Part shown: piece after piece, positions 50,591 to 60,303 of the stretch
Numbering within the stretch: the first letter of the stretch is position 1
Layout of the letters: each line of letters starts with the position of its first letter
Assembly (NCBI GenBank): GCA_963709025.1
Contig: CAVPVE010000022.1
Location: 3,509 to 67,508 of the forward strand
Length of the DNA stretch: 64,000 nt
Reading direction: 5' to 3'
Source of the DNA: an uncultured Acidobacteriaceae bacterium
Lineage (GTDB): Bacteria; Acidobacteriota; Terriglobia; Terriglobales; Acidobacteriaceae
Made by a program: the position numbers and the translations under genes
Notes under the pieces: model-generated
What the model saw: the letters and a program-made list of their open reading frames with translations, nothing else
Database searches by the model: none
What the model was told of the DNA's origin: nothing

Positions 50591-53500
50591 ATGCGCAAGT
50601 TTCACTTTGCTGTTAGCGTGATCCTGTTTTCTTGCTGCGCAGGCATTGCAACCGCTCAGGTTCAACCCGGCCTACGGAACTTTTCCGCATACGACGCGCA
50701 CGAGGTTGATACGGTCAACCTAATGAATAACAACGTGACCCTGAAGCTTCCGTTCTATTACAAGCCGGGACTTCTTCCGGTCCAGATCGGAATGTTCGGC
50801 AACTACTACGTGAGCGCTCCTAGTTCTACCTGGCAGCCATCTGTCACCAGCCTGCCGCCGACAATCTCGGTGGCTGGGACGCTTAGCGCTGGGAGCACCG
50901 GCTACCTTAGTTGGTCTGGTGGCTCACAAATCTGCCCGAACGGGACAGACCACACTCAGGTTTACTCCCAATGGGCAATTATCACTTCGGACGGCGCGTG
51001 GCACGCCCTCAATCCAACTCTCCAGACCGACAGGATTATGTCGGGTCCGAATACGGGTCAGTCGTGCCTTTCTTCTGGGTTTACCGCGAGTCCACTCGAC
51101 GGCACGAAACTGACTATGACTGCGCCTTCGAACGCATGGAGTTTGGCGCTGCCAACTATCTACACGACGAGCGGCTACATTGTGACCGGGCTTGAGACAG
51201 GCTTAGTAACGCCGTCGATTACTGATTCGAATGGCAATAAGGTAAGCGGCACGACGGCGATCACGGATAGCTTCGGCATGACCGCTGCTACCATCACGAG
51301 CCCAACAGCCGGCCCTGTGTCATGGAATGACGTTAAGGCGGGCACTCCGCAAGTCAGTTTGTCGACGTCGAATCTAACACTGAGGTCAAATTTTGCTTGC
51401 ACCTCCCCGTCGATTGCAGAGTACAACAATACTTCGGCGACGGCACTCCCGACTACCATCAATTATCCGGATGGCACTACGCTCGGGATTAGCTACGAGA
51501 CGACACCAAGCTACTCTCCGAAGGTGACCGGGCGACTGTATCAGATCACGCTACGCGAAGGCGGAACGATCAAATACACCTATGGCGGCGGCCACAATGG
51601 TATCGACTGCACCTACCAAACGGTTCCGACGTTGACGCGTACGTTGGGCAACGGCGACGTGACGACGTATAGCTTGGCCTATAGCCTAATTAGCGGATCG
51701 AACTACAAAGCCGTCAATACGATGATCGATCCCGGCGGAAATGAAACCGATTACACCTTCACTGGCTTCGCATCTGGGGGATATTCGGCTACGTATGGCC
51801 AGGTGCTCACCCAGATCAAAAAGAATCAGGGGAACTGCGCGACATCCTGCACCCTACTTGAGACCGATCTCATCAGCTACAACAGCACGTACACGAGTAC
51901 GCCATCGGCCTCGACTATCGCGAATGCTCAGGTGACTCTCCCGATCACAAAGAAAATCGTCTATCGCCAACTTAGCGGCATGAGCAACTGGTCAGCTGTT
52001 GAAACGCATTATGACACCTACGACGACGTGACCTACACCGCGCAGTACGATTTTGGCGGCTCGTCTCCTGCAAGGGCAACCACTATAACGTATGGCAGCT
52101 GCACTGCGAACTGCACGACGACGAGTCCGACCATATCAAACACCGCAATGGCAGCAAACTTTATATTCAACCGTCCCGGCTCGGTGGTAACGACACAGAA
52201 TGGTTCAACAGTCGCTCAGACAAATTACACCTACGACTCGACAGGGAAGGGAAATCTTACCTCGGCGCAGTATTGGAATGGGTCATCCTTCATTGGGCAG
52301 ACCACTTCCAATGTCATCAACTCTAATGGAACGCCATCGAAGACGTACGATGTCGGAAATCACGAGACTGACTACTACTATGTCTCCACGAGTTATACTG
52401 ACATAAATGGCTGCTCGGCCATGACGCAGACGCCGTTCCCGACGAAAATCACCAACGTGTCTGTTTCGCTTTCCACGCAATTCACTTATGACTGCGTAGG
52501 GGGCGTGAAACTCTCGCAAACTGATGCAAATGGCAACGTCACCAACGACGGATACGTAGAAATCGACGGTACGACCGCAGAGCCGTGGTGGAGACTGAGC
52601 AAGGTGACAGATCCGTATAGCACGGTTTCTGCCTATGGCTATGCGCCAGCTAGCTCAACTTTTTACTACACATCGTTCAACTCTGGTAATTCACTCGATA
52701 ACGCCGGGACTGAGAATGACGCTTACGGTCGTCCTGCGAACTGGCAGAAGGTCCAGGGGCCGTCTAGTTCCACATACGACACCATTTCGACAACCTATGG
52801 CTGGTCTGGTAATTATTTCCAGACGACTACCTCCCAGCCGTGTGCGGCCTCGCTCAACAGTACCTGCACAGCCGCGCACACTTCGCAATTCGACGCGATG
52901 GGCAGGCTTTACACGGAGGTCACCACTAGCAACGAAACGATCACGCACACCTACAACCAAAACGATGACCTAGTGGTATTGACTCCCGCTCCGACGGGAG
53001 AAACAACCGCAGGTAAGCAGATTCAAACCGAGTATGATGGCCTGGGCCGCGTCAGCAAGGTGTGTCACATTGGGTCAACTGCAAGCACAGGCAGTGGGAC
53101 AACTTGCGGTCAACACTATAATAGCTCCGCTACCGGAGCAACAGATGCGTATTCCTACGGGCAAGGTACTGGTTACACAACTGTATCGATCGCTCGTGGT
53201 AGCCAGACGCGCACGTTCACGTTTGACGCTCTTGGTCGCATGACACAGAAGCAAACTCCAGAAGGCGGTACGTGGCACTACTACTACGACTCCTATTCTG
53301 GCAGTTGCGGGCAAAGCGGTAGCCACAATGGTGTGATGACTTGCTCTATCGATCCGAATGGCTACACTGTTTTGTTTTATTATGACGGGCTCGCCAGATT
53401 GACCGACGAGGGCCAGGCAGCAGGAACAAGCAACGCGACTTGCAAGAGATTCCGTTACGACAGCAGCAGCGGAATTCTTGGATCTTTGCCGACAGGCGTT

Positions 53501-55549
53501 AGTTTGTCAAATCAGTACGGCAGGATGGTTGAGGCCGAGACCGACGACTGCACTTACCCGGTGACCTTGGCCCACCAGTTCACGGATGAGTGGTTTGCAT
53601 ACGACAAAGACGGTCGCGCAACCGACGTTTGGCAGTCCAGTCCCCACTCGACGCAGTACTACCATAGCGTAGGCACCTTCTTCGAGAACGGAGCAGTGAA
53701 GACGCTTGCGCTGTCATCGCCAAGTCTATACACGATGACCTATACGATTGACGGCGAGGGTCGCCCGAATAGTGCTGAAGCTGGCACGACTACCATGGTG
53801 TACGGCACGACGTTCAATGCGGCAAGTCAACCGACTGCAGTTAACCTGATTGCCGCCTCCAGCGACAATGACTCGTATAGCTACGATCAGTACACCGGAC
53901 GGATGACTGGCTATACCTTTACGGTTGGCGCAACGCCGAAAAGCCTAACGGGGACATTGACTTGGAACCCCAATGGCACCCTTTCGAAAATTGCGACGAC
54001 TGACGGCTTCAACGCCGGAGGCTCGTTGACGTGTGTGTCGAACTCGACAGGCTCGCTCGGTTACGGCTATGACGATTGGACGCGCTTGAGCACATTCGAC
54101 TGCGGCAGTGGGAATTGGGGACAGAACTTCACCTATGACGTATACGACAATATGTCGAAGAACGTCATTACCGGTCGTACAGGGACTTCGTGGAGCCCTA
54201 CCTATTCATCGTTAACCAACCACTTCACGCCTGGGACGTTTGACTCGGACGGGAACACGACATCGGACGGTAGCGGGTCCAACTATTGGGGCTGGAACGA
54301 ATACTCCAAGATGGCGTGGTACAGCAACAGTGCTATCGCCCCAACCTGCGGGACTAATGGGCAGTGCGCGACTTATGACGCTTTCGGTCGAATGGTTGAG
54401 TACAGCGCCGGGGCTACCTGGAAAGAGACTTGGTACACGCAAGCTGGCACAGTAAATATGAGCGGCACAACCGCAAATTTTGCTTACTGGCCGGCAGCAG
54501 CTGGTAAGGTGATCGTGACGGGGAATCTCGGCACGATTGCGTATGCGCACAATGACTGGCTCGGGAACGCACGAGCCATTTCTACTCACGGACGAACAGT
54601 GCCGCAGGAGCAGGCTTATACTCCTTACGGTGAAATCTTCGCACAATTTGGGACAACGGCAAGCCAACTGGAAGAGTTTGCCGGAATCACTGGAAACTTC
54701 AACAATGGCATTCAGTGGGATACGCCAAATCGAGACTTGGGAATCTTCGGACGCTGGCTGAGCCCTGACCCAGCTGGGCAGGGTTGGAATCAGTACGCTT
54801 ACCCGACAAACCCGAATACTTTCGTTGACCCTTCGGGACTTATAATGAAGGTAGGTTGTGCTGGGGAGCTTCATCCATCAATGGATCCCTTTTGTAGCGG
54901 TGGCGGGCCAGGCGGAGGTGGCGGGGGAGGTGGCGGGGGAGGCTGCATAGTTGATGGTGTTGCCTCAGACTGTGGGGGCCTCCTCGGTAGTAACGGGATA
55001 GTGGAATGTCCGAACGATGTTTGCAACGGGTTCACGAATAGCGGCCAATATTTCCAGTTCGTGGCGGGGGCTGGTGGGGCACAAGGCTATCTTCTTTTTA
55101 GCGACATTCTGAATGGTATTAACGAGGTAAATGGGACCTTCATGTCAAATGCTCAGTTTCAGGCTTACCTGGCTCAGACTTATGCAGCGCAGATACTCGC
55201 GCAATTCAACAGACTCCTGGGTAACCTCCCTGCGGGAGCATCAATTGCCTATGACCCGAACAATCCTGATGTCAACGGAGGTCACGCGAATTTTGCTTAC
55301 AGTTGCCCAGCAGACTCGTGGAGTTCTTGCGGTCCCGGTCGTTATGATGATGGGGTGCACGTTGAATGTGCGTCTGGTGCAACCAATTGTGCTGCCGGGA
55401 GTCCGCTGGTCGCTCATGACGACACCGTGAGTCCGTGGGTCAGCCCGGCTTCGTTTTCCTTCTCAACCTTGTTCACCGCCAATTTTTGGGAGCACGGATT
55501 TGTTGACCTCATCTACGGCCAGATGTGTGGTTGTGTGTTTTCTCAGTAG
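50591..55549 (+). CDS. RHS/YD-repeat polymorphic toxin with Sec signal peptide and an unassigned C-terminal domain
   Basis: I start at ATG 50591 (MRKFHFAVSVILFSCCAGIATAQ). Many YD repeats (FDAMGRLYTE, YDGLGRVSKV, FDALGRMTQK, YDKDGRATDV, YDAFGRMVEY). Core-end motif RWLSPDPAGQGWNQYAYPTNPNTFVDPSGL, followed by about 235 aa of tail. Confidence 0.85.
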   Translation: MRKFHFAVSVILFSCCAGIATAQVQPGLRNFSAYDAHEVDTVNLMNNNVTLKLPFYYKPGLLPVQIGMFGNYYVSAPSSTWQPSVTSLPPTISVAGTLSAGSTGYLSWSGGSQICPNGTDHTQVYSQWAIITSDGAWHALNPTLQTDRIMSGPNTGQSCLSSGFTASPLDGTKLTMTAPSNAWSLALPTIYTTSGYIVTGLETGLVTPSITDSNGNKVSGTTAITDSFGMTAATITSPTAGPVSWNDVKAGTPQVSLSTSNLTLRSNFACTSPSIAEYNNTSATALPTTINYPDGTTLGISYETTPSYSPKVTGRLYQITLREGGTIKYTYGGGHNGIDCTYQTVPTLTRTLGNGDVTTYSLAYSLISGSNYKAVNTMIDPGGNETDYTFTGFASGGYSATYGQVLTQIKKNQGNCATSCTLLETDLISYNSTYTSTPSASTIANAQVTLPITKKIVYRQLSGMSNWSAVETHYDTYDDVTYTAQYDFGGSSPARATTITYGSCTANCTTTSPTISNTAMAANFIFNRPGSVVTTQNGSTVAQTNYTYDSTGKGNLTSAQYWNGSSFIGQTTSNVINSNGTPSKTYDVGNHETDYYYVSTSYTDINGCSAMTQTPFPTKITNVSVSLSTQFTYDCVGGVKLSQTDANGNVTNDGYVEIDGTTAEPWWRLSKVTDPYSTVSAYGYAPASSTFYYTSFNSGNSLDNAGTENDAYGRPANWQKVQGPSSSTYDTISTTYGWSGNYFQTTTSQPCAASLNSTCTAAHTSQFDAMGRLYTEVTTSNETITHTYNQNDDLVVLTPAPTGETTAGKQIQTEYDGLGRVSKVCHIGSTASTGSGTTCGQHYNSSATGATDAYSYGQGTGYTTVSIARGSQTRTFTFDALGRMTQKQTPEGGTWHYYYDSYSGSCGQSGSHNGVMTCSIDPNGYTVLFYYDGLARLTDEGQAAGTSNATCKRFRYDSSSGILGSLPTGVSLSNQYGRMVEAETDDCTYPVTLAHQFTDEWFAYDKDGRATDVWQSSPHSTQYYHSVGTFFENGAVKTLALSSPSLYTMTYTIDGEGRPNSAEAGTTTMVYGTTFNAASQPTAVNLIAASSDNDSYSYDQYTGRMTGYTFTVGATPKSLTGTLTWNPNGTLSKIATTDGFNAGGSLTCVSNSTGSLGYGYDDWTRLSTFDCGSGNWGQNFTYDVYDNMSKNVITGRTGTSWSPTYSSLTNHFTPGTFDSDGNTTSDGSGSNYWGWNEYSKMAWYSNSAIAPTCGTNGQCATYDAFGRMVEYSAGATWKETWYTQAGTVNMSGTTANFAYWPAAAGKVIVTGNLGTIAYAHNDWLGNARAISTHGRTVPQEQAYTPYGEIFAQFGTTASQLEEFAGITGNFNNGIQWDTPNRDLGIFGRWLSPDPAGQGWNQYAYPTNPNTFVDPSGLIMKVGCAGELHPSMDPFCSGGGPGGGGGGGGGGGCIVDGVASDCGGLLGSNGIVECPNDVCNGFTNSGQYFQFVAGAGGAQGYLLFSDILNGINEVNGTFMSNAQFQAYLAQTYAAQILAQFNRLLGNLPAGASIAYDPNNPDVNGGHANFAYSCPADSWSSCGPGRYDDGVHVECASGATNCAAGSPLVAHDDTVSPWVSPASFSFSTLFTANFWEHGFVDLIYGQMCGCVFSQ

Positions 55550-56717
55550 TGCGATCATAGGAACCATTAACAGCCCAGCACAAGACTCGGCCCTCCGGCC
55601 CGAGTGGCGCACGAATTTGCGCCCTGCTCTTCTAAGCGAACCTGTCCGGCTTATTGTTGGCAACCGGCGTGAGCCTGAAGCTCGGTCGCAATCATCCTTA
55701 TGGTTTATGGACAGCAACACACTAGTGGTAACCTTTGTGACACGCGAAAGCCGTGCTAAGCCTGGGGTCTCACGCCGCGACGATGCGGACGAGAGTTTGC
55801 CTTTGCGGCTACAGGTGATTCTGCTTGATGCGACGACAGGACAAATCCTTAAGACTGCCAGTTGGCCTACTGAATCCCGATCTTCCCGCATCGTGGGTGT
55901 GTGTAAAGGAAAGTTTGTGACGCTGCAGGGCAACGAATTGACTCTTTACGCGAGTGATCTGACCGTGTTGAAGAAGGCGAGCTTACCTGTATCAGGCATT
56001 CTCGGTTGGCTTGCACACCCTTCGCCGTCCGGGAAAAGCATCCTGTTCTCGTCGGCCGAGCTAAGGAAGGGTTCGTGGGTCTGGGTGGAGGCCGACACGC
56101 TCAAAGTAGTTCGCGTGTGGCAGGATGACCCAAGTGGATATTTAAGCATCTCTGATCAAGACATGGTCACATCGACGTGTTGGCGTGGATACGAATGTAA
56201 GAAGATCGTCGTAACGCCTAACGAGGCGTCAGCGTGTTTTGCCGGACCGAAGTGTGTTCCGAGCGTCGAAATCAAATCGCTCTCCTCAGACTGGAGGACC
56301 TTAACAGTGGGGGAGCCACAGCTTCGCCCGCAGTTTGTTAGCGACGACCTGATCTTTCTTCCGGGAAGCAGTGGAAGGATTATCCGCACCGACGGAACGG
56401 TCCTATTCGAGCAGCAAAGAGGGCGTGAGTCGTGGGGATGTTGGGGCGCTGGAGTTGTGCCCTCCTCTAAGGGCAATCGATTCGTGATCCCGAGCTGCCC
56501 CGTGAAAGGCGCCGTTGCCAGACTCGACATAAGTGGCCATGTGGTGTTAAAGCAAGTTTTTGTTTTTGAGATTGCTTCCACAATTCGTGCTCAGGTGTTA
56601 CAGGTGAAAGGTCCTGAAATCAAAGATCAGATGGAGTTCGCATTGTCGCCCGATGGTTCTAAGCTTGCCATCTTGAACGGCGAATTCGTTGAGACAATGA
56701 TCCTACCAACCCAGTGA
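55500..56717 (+). CDS. Secreted beta-rich (propeller-like) protein; candidate immunity or partner of the RHS toxin
   Basis: The TTG start overlaps the RHS 3' end by 50 nt. Signal-peptide-like MLTSSTARCVVVCFLSSAIIGTINSPA. Repetitive beta-strand pattern. No recognisable family. Confidence 0.55.
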   Translation: MLTSSTARCVVVCFLSSAIIGTINSPAQDSALRPEWRTNLRPALLSEPVRLIVGNRREPEARSQSSLWFMDSNTLVVTFVTRESRAKPGVSRRDDADESLPLRLQVILLDATTGQILKTASWPTESRSSRIVGVCKGKFVTLQGNELTLYASDLTVLKKASLPVSGILGWLAHPSPSGKSILFSSAELRKGSWVWVEADTLKVVRVWQDDPSGYLSISDQDMVTSTCWRGYECKKIVVTPNEASACFAGPKCVPSVEIKSLSSDWRTLTVGEPQLRPQFVSDDLIFLPGSSGRIIRTDGTVLFEQQRGRESWGCWGAGVVPSSKGNRFVIPSCPVKGAVARLDISGHVVLKQVFVFEIASTIRAQVLQVKGPEIKDQMEFALSPDGSKLAILNGEFVETMILPTQ

Positions 56718-56833
56718 AGATAATCAGTGCACGGACTGCTTGGCACTGACTTGCCCGTGCTTTCTTACACAGTGGAGTGCGCTTCGTTTTCTCGGGATGT
56801 AAGTCGGGTCCCGGAGCTTTTCGGCCCCGGTGA

Positions 56834-58357
56834 TCAATCCCCGACGCCAACCAATTCCGCCAATGCCCTCCAGTGCCTCGGGTGCGGTCTGTATCCTTTT
56901 CGAATCTTGCTCGCATACCAGTTGGAAACTCCAAGTGCCGACCGAATGGCTGACATCGAAACGCTAGACAGCAAAGGCTGGATCTTTCCCGCGAACAATT
57001 CGGGTGTTAGCCAAGCTGGCTGATCGGATTCCTTCCAAGAATGCTGCGCTAGTGCGTTCTTCCGAGCTTTGGTCGCTCGCTTAACCTGAGCTTCAGGGCC
57101 ATTTGCCGTTCGACGTCCGATTCGGGCTGCACTCAACATATTCTTGGTCGATGTCGGCACACCGCATTGAACACAAGTCTTGCTCTCGCTCCGAATTCTC
57201 TTTCCACATCCCGGGCAGAGATTTTCGATCGGCTGTGCTACGCGCACGCTCATTTCAGATACGACACCTTTAGCTGCGCGTCTGTGTGTTTGGGTCAAGT
57301 GCGTCGGTGCATGAGTGTACTGCGTTCGCCTCTGGGTTGTTGACCAGAATTGTTTAGCAACCCATTCGGCTACCGGAGCTACAGCGCGTCTCCATATTGA
57401 AGCTGTTTCAGACAAACGGACAGCGAAGGGAGCCATTAACCGGCAGTTGCCGTCCCGCTGTTCGAAAAACCACTCCCGCCTTAGCGGTTGCCGCGTGATC
57501 CAATCCAGCAAGTACGAGTCCACGCTAGACCGGACCGGCTCCATGAGATCACAGGCCAGGCTGTCGCGAGCCGGGGTATCAACGTGCATGACACCCAAAC
57601 CAGGATCAAGTCCCAGCGCAGCAGCCGCCAATCGAGCTTCAGATTCTAGGACGCAATACAAATAGTTCAAGATTGCGTTCGGCGGATTCACGGCGGATCG
57701 AGGCGAGCCCGTCAACGGTGAGACCCGCGTTCCGAAGCTGCGCCAATGTTCAGGTACGCGGGGCAGGTCCTTCTTGGGAAAATTGATCGGCAGCGTGCTC
57801 CATGCAGACCAGAAGGCACGGGCCGCCTGGGATTCGATAAGGCGAATTGTTGAGATGCAATCAGCTTGAGGCAGCTCGGCTTTATAACGCGCGATCGTAT
57901 CGGCGGTCAAAGAATCTAGAAGCCTGGTACGCGCTACTTGCTCCTGCCCAGAAAGCTTCTTACCGATCAGGTCCCGAGCGATCCGAAGAGCTGCTCCATT
58001 CGAGACTGCCAGAGATTGCGCACGTCGCAGTTTGGCGTCGGAAGATCGAACAGGGCCCGTTGTTGCGAGCACTGAGCCGTCTCGATCGAGCATGACAAAG
58101 CTCGCGTCCTGGTCCGCCAGCCATCGGAGTGCCGCGAGCGAAACCATGCCGTCCGAGCCGATAACGACAAGCCGTCGAAGGCCATGTCCCACCCTTGGGA
58201 AGCGTGCTTGACGACGATCTTTTGCAATTCCATCTTCAACGACCAAGTGACCTCGATCGACGCGCACGCTAGTCCCGTATCCAAAAAGCGTGACTACCCC
58301 TTGTCGAGGCTGAATGTCTGTTTGAGAAAACGAAGTTGAGGCCATTGGATCTCCCAT
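56834..58357 (-). CDS. cas1: Cas1-family integrase homolog (solo Cas1 / casposase-like) with zinc-ribbon + HTH C-terminal extension
   Basis: N-terminal beta domain: VVTLFGYGTSVRVDRGHLVVEDG...VVIGSDGMVSLAALRWLADQDASFVMLDRDG. Catalytic-domain motifs: IESQAARAFWSAW, NAILNYLYCVLESEA and LGLDPGLGVMHVDTPARDSLACDLMEPVRSSVD. C-terminal CPGC-x10-CVQC and ...ALGVSNWYASKIRKGYRPHPRHW. Confidence 0.85.
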   Translation of the reverse strand: MGDPMASTSFSQTDIQPRQGVVTLFGYGTSVRVDRGHLVVEDGIAKDRRQARFPRVGHGLRRLVVIGSDGMVSLAALRWLADQDASFVMLDRDGSVLATTGPVRSSDAKLRRAQSLAVSNGAALRIARDLIGKKLSGQEQVARTRLLDSLTADTIARYKAELPQADCISTIRLIESQAARAFWSAWSTLPINFPKKDLPRVPEHWRSFGTRVSPLTGSPRSAVNPPNAILNYLYCVLESEARLAAAALGLDPGLGVMHVDTPARDSLACDLMEPVRSSVDSYLLDWITRQPLRREWFFEQRDGNCRLMAPFAVRLSETASIWRRAVAPVAEWVAKQFWSTTQRRTQYTHAPTHLTQTHRRAAKGVVSEMSVRVAQPIENLCPGCGKRIRSESKTCVQCGVPTSTKNMLSAARIGRRTANGPEAQVKRATKARKNALAQHSWKESDQPAWLTPELFAGKIQPLLSSVSMSAIRSALGVSNWYASKIRKGYRPHPRHWRALAELVGVGD

Positions 58358-58372
58358 TCTGAGGAAACGCGA

Positions 58373-59374
58373 TCACTTTACGATTCTTTCTTCCTCTGCG
58401 AATGCACGGTCTACAGCAGTTGGGTGGGACTTGCGCTTCCAGTACTCTCTGGAAATCGCAGCCGCTAGGTCAACCCGTCTCGTTCCTTGCTCCAACACGG
58501 TGGCTATCGACCTTCGAAGGTAATAGCGATTCTCGCGCAGATCAGCGAGAGCAAATTTGTTCCCTGTAGGGCGTTTGGCTTCGAGGAATTTATCCGCATC
58601 TCTCATCAGATCCGATCTCCGTGCATTGGCTCTGACAATTCGCTCAAGAATGCGAAAAATCCCGAAGCTTAGGCCTTCTGGCTCTTCCTTCCATTTTCGA
58701 CATCTGTCGGCAGAACGTCTCCAACCTATGAATGGAAGACCCGCAAGAGCGTTCGCAACGTCGAGGGGTGTCAGTCTGTAGCGCTTACTACGGCAGAAAT
58801 CGAACAGTTCGGTTCGGGCGAAGTAAGCCTCGCCATCTCTTATCAATATTTCCAACTCTTTTTCTTGTTCCCTCAAAGCAATGCATTCCTCTCCAGCATG
58901 AGCTAGCTTTCGTGCTCTCTCACACATCGCGTCCCGGATGACGTCCTGTTCTGCAGGGGATAGGTGTTGAGCGGGAATGACCATGAAGCGCTCTAGTGAG
59001 TCGCGGCACTGATCAATCCACCCTATCGCACTCAGATAACGATTATGGAGTTCTCCAAGTTGCTTGCGCTGGCGATACAGCGATCTCGATGTAGCTGGCC
59101 GTTCGCCACTCCAGAGTAAGGCTCTTACAACATGCTCTTCCTGCTCTATTCGTTTTTCCCAAGGCTTCATGACATCGCGCAAATTCCCCATCTTTCGGAC
59201 AGTTTGAAACCGGCAGCCGACCTCGTCCCAAGTCGTCTCTAAAAGAAAACGAAGGTGCTGGCGCATGTTCCACAACCGATCTTTGTCAATTTGTGACGGA
59301 TAGCCTCGTACGGGCTTGCGCTCGTCGAGCGCCGACAAGATTTTGTCCGCCACATTAAAGCCATCCAAATCCAT
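58373..59374 (-). CDS. Hypothetical alpha-helical protein, co-transcribed upstream of cas1
   Basis: 333-aa ORF that ends 15 nt before the cas1 start. No motif I recognise. Confidence 0.6.
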   Translation of the reverse strand: MDLDGFNVADKILSALDERKPVRGYPSQIDKDRLWNMRQHLRFLLETTWDEVGCRFQTVRKMGNLRDVMKPWEKRIEQEEHVVRALLWSGERPATSRSLYRQRKQLGELHNRYLSAIGWIDQCRDSLERFMVIPAQHLSPAEQDVIRDAMCERARKLAHAGEECIALREQEKELEILIRDGEAYFARTELFDFCRSKRYRLTPLDVANALAGLPFIGWRRSADRCRKWKEEPEGLSFGIFRILERIVRANARRSDLMRDADKFLEAKRPTGNKFALADLRENRYYLRRSIATVLEQGTRRVDLAAAISREYWKRKSHPTAVDRAFAEEERIVK

Positions 59375-59509
59375 TGGATCGCCAAGTTAATGATGCTAAA
59401 AACATCGTTATTGCCGTATTACTCGAAAACGTCCTCAGTGAACCTAAGTAAACACATGATATCACGCATGTTAGCCTCCTTTCAGCAGTAGGTAGAAGGG
59501 GCATAGAGA
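59375..59509. promoter_or_regulatory. Divergent promoter region between the (unknown-cas1) and (HTH-HNH-polB) operons
   Basis: 135-nt AT-richer spacer between divergent starts. It contains the imperfect palindrome aacacatgatatcacgcatgtt. Confidence 0.4.
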
Positions 59510-59971
59510 ATGCGAAACGGCAAGAAACAACGTGGAACAAGCAAGAAAACGTACAATCGCGCGCTCCATGTGCTTGCGCGGATGCGCCGGACGGGTTCGA
59601 GCCTAACCGTCGCGGCACGAGAGGAACATATTGACCCTCGCACTGTCCGGAGATACCTGTCGACGGAATTACGGGAGCATGGAAAAGCGACGCGAGGGGA
59701 TCGCAGAAAACGCGACATGCTGGTACCAACGACCGTTGGAAACTCTCCAGTCACGGTGCGCGGTTCGAAGCAAGCGTCGGAGCTGGGTAAATACATGTCG
59801 GCGGTCGGCAGGTACCTCCGAACGGGTGATGTTGAAGGCTTAGGGAAGTTCGAAGGAAAGTCGATTGGTGGACACGCGCTGATCACCGACCCCGATCTTC
59901 TGAGCTCCCTGGCTCAAGCGGGGGCGTTAACCCTGGATGAAATCTACGCCCTCCCGGAGGCGTCGTCATGA
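59510..59971 (+). CDS. Basic HTH-domain protein
   Basis: 153 aa. N-terminus KTYNRALHVLARMRRTGSSLTVAAREEHIDPRTVRRYL. ATGA overlap with the next gene. Confidence 0.6.
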   Translation: MRNGKKQRGTSKKTYNRALHVLARMRRTGSSLTVAAREEHIDPRTVRRYLSTELREHGKATRGDRRKRDMLVPTTVGNSPVTVRGSKQASELGKYMSAVGRYLRTGDVEGLGKFEGKSIGGHALITDPDLLSSLAQAGALTLDEIYALPEASS

Positions 59972-60303
59972 TGAACGAAAAGCCGATCGAGACTGCGCGT
60001 AGAAGAGCTCGGCGCTTGGAGCAAGGAAGGTGCTTGCTTTGTGGGAGAACAGGTTTCCTTATCGAGCAAGACCATACCGCTGGTCAGAACCATGATGAGT
60101 TTCTGACGGCTCCACTCTGCTTGGCATGCCACGCAATGGTTACGGAACTTCGCCGTCGAGCAGACGCCGACATGCGTGCTCAGCGGAATCTTAGGCTGAC
60201 CGTCAAGTGTGCGCTCAACGCTACAGCGGTGTTTCTTCGAATGCTCGCCGATGCAATGCATCGATGGGCCCAACTTCTTTCTGAAGAGGAGAGCTTGCCA
60301 TGA
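59968..60303 (+). CDS. HNH endonuclease-like protein
   Basis: CLLCG...EQDHTAGQNHDEFLTAPLCLACH (CxxC...DH...N...CxxCH). ATGA overlaps with both neighbours. Confidence 0.65.
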   Translation: MMNEKPIETARRRARRLEQGRCLLCGRTGFLIEQDHTAGQNHDEFLTAPLCLACHAMVTELRRRADADMRAQRNLRLTVKCALNATAVFLRMLADAMHRWAQLLSEEESLP

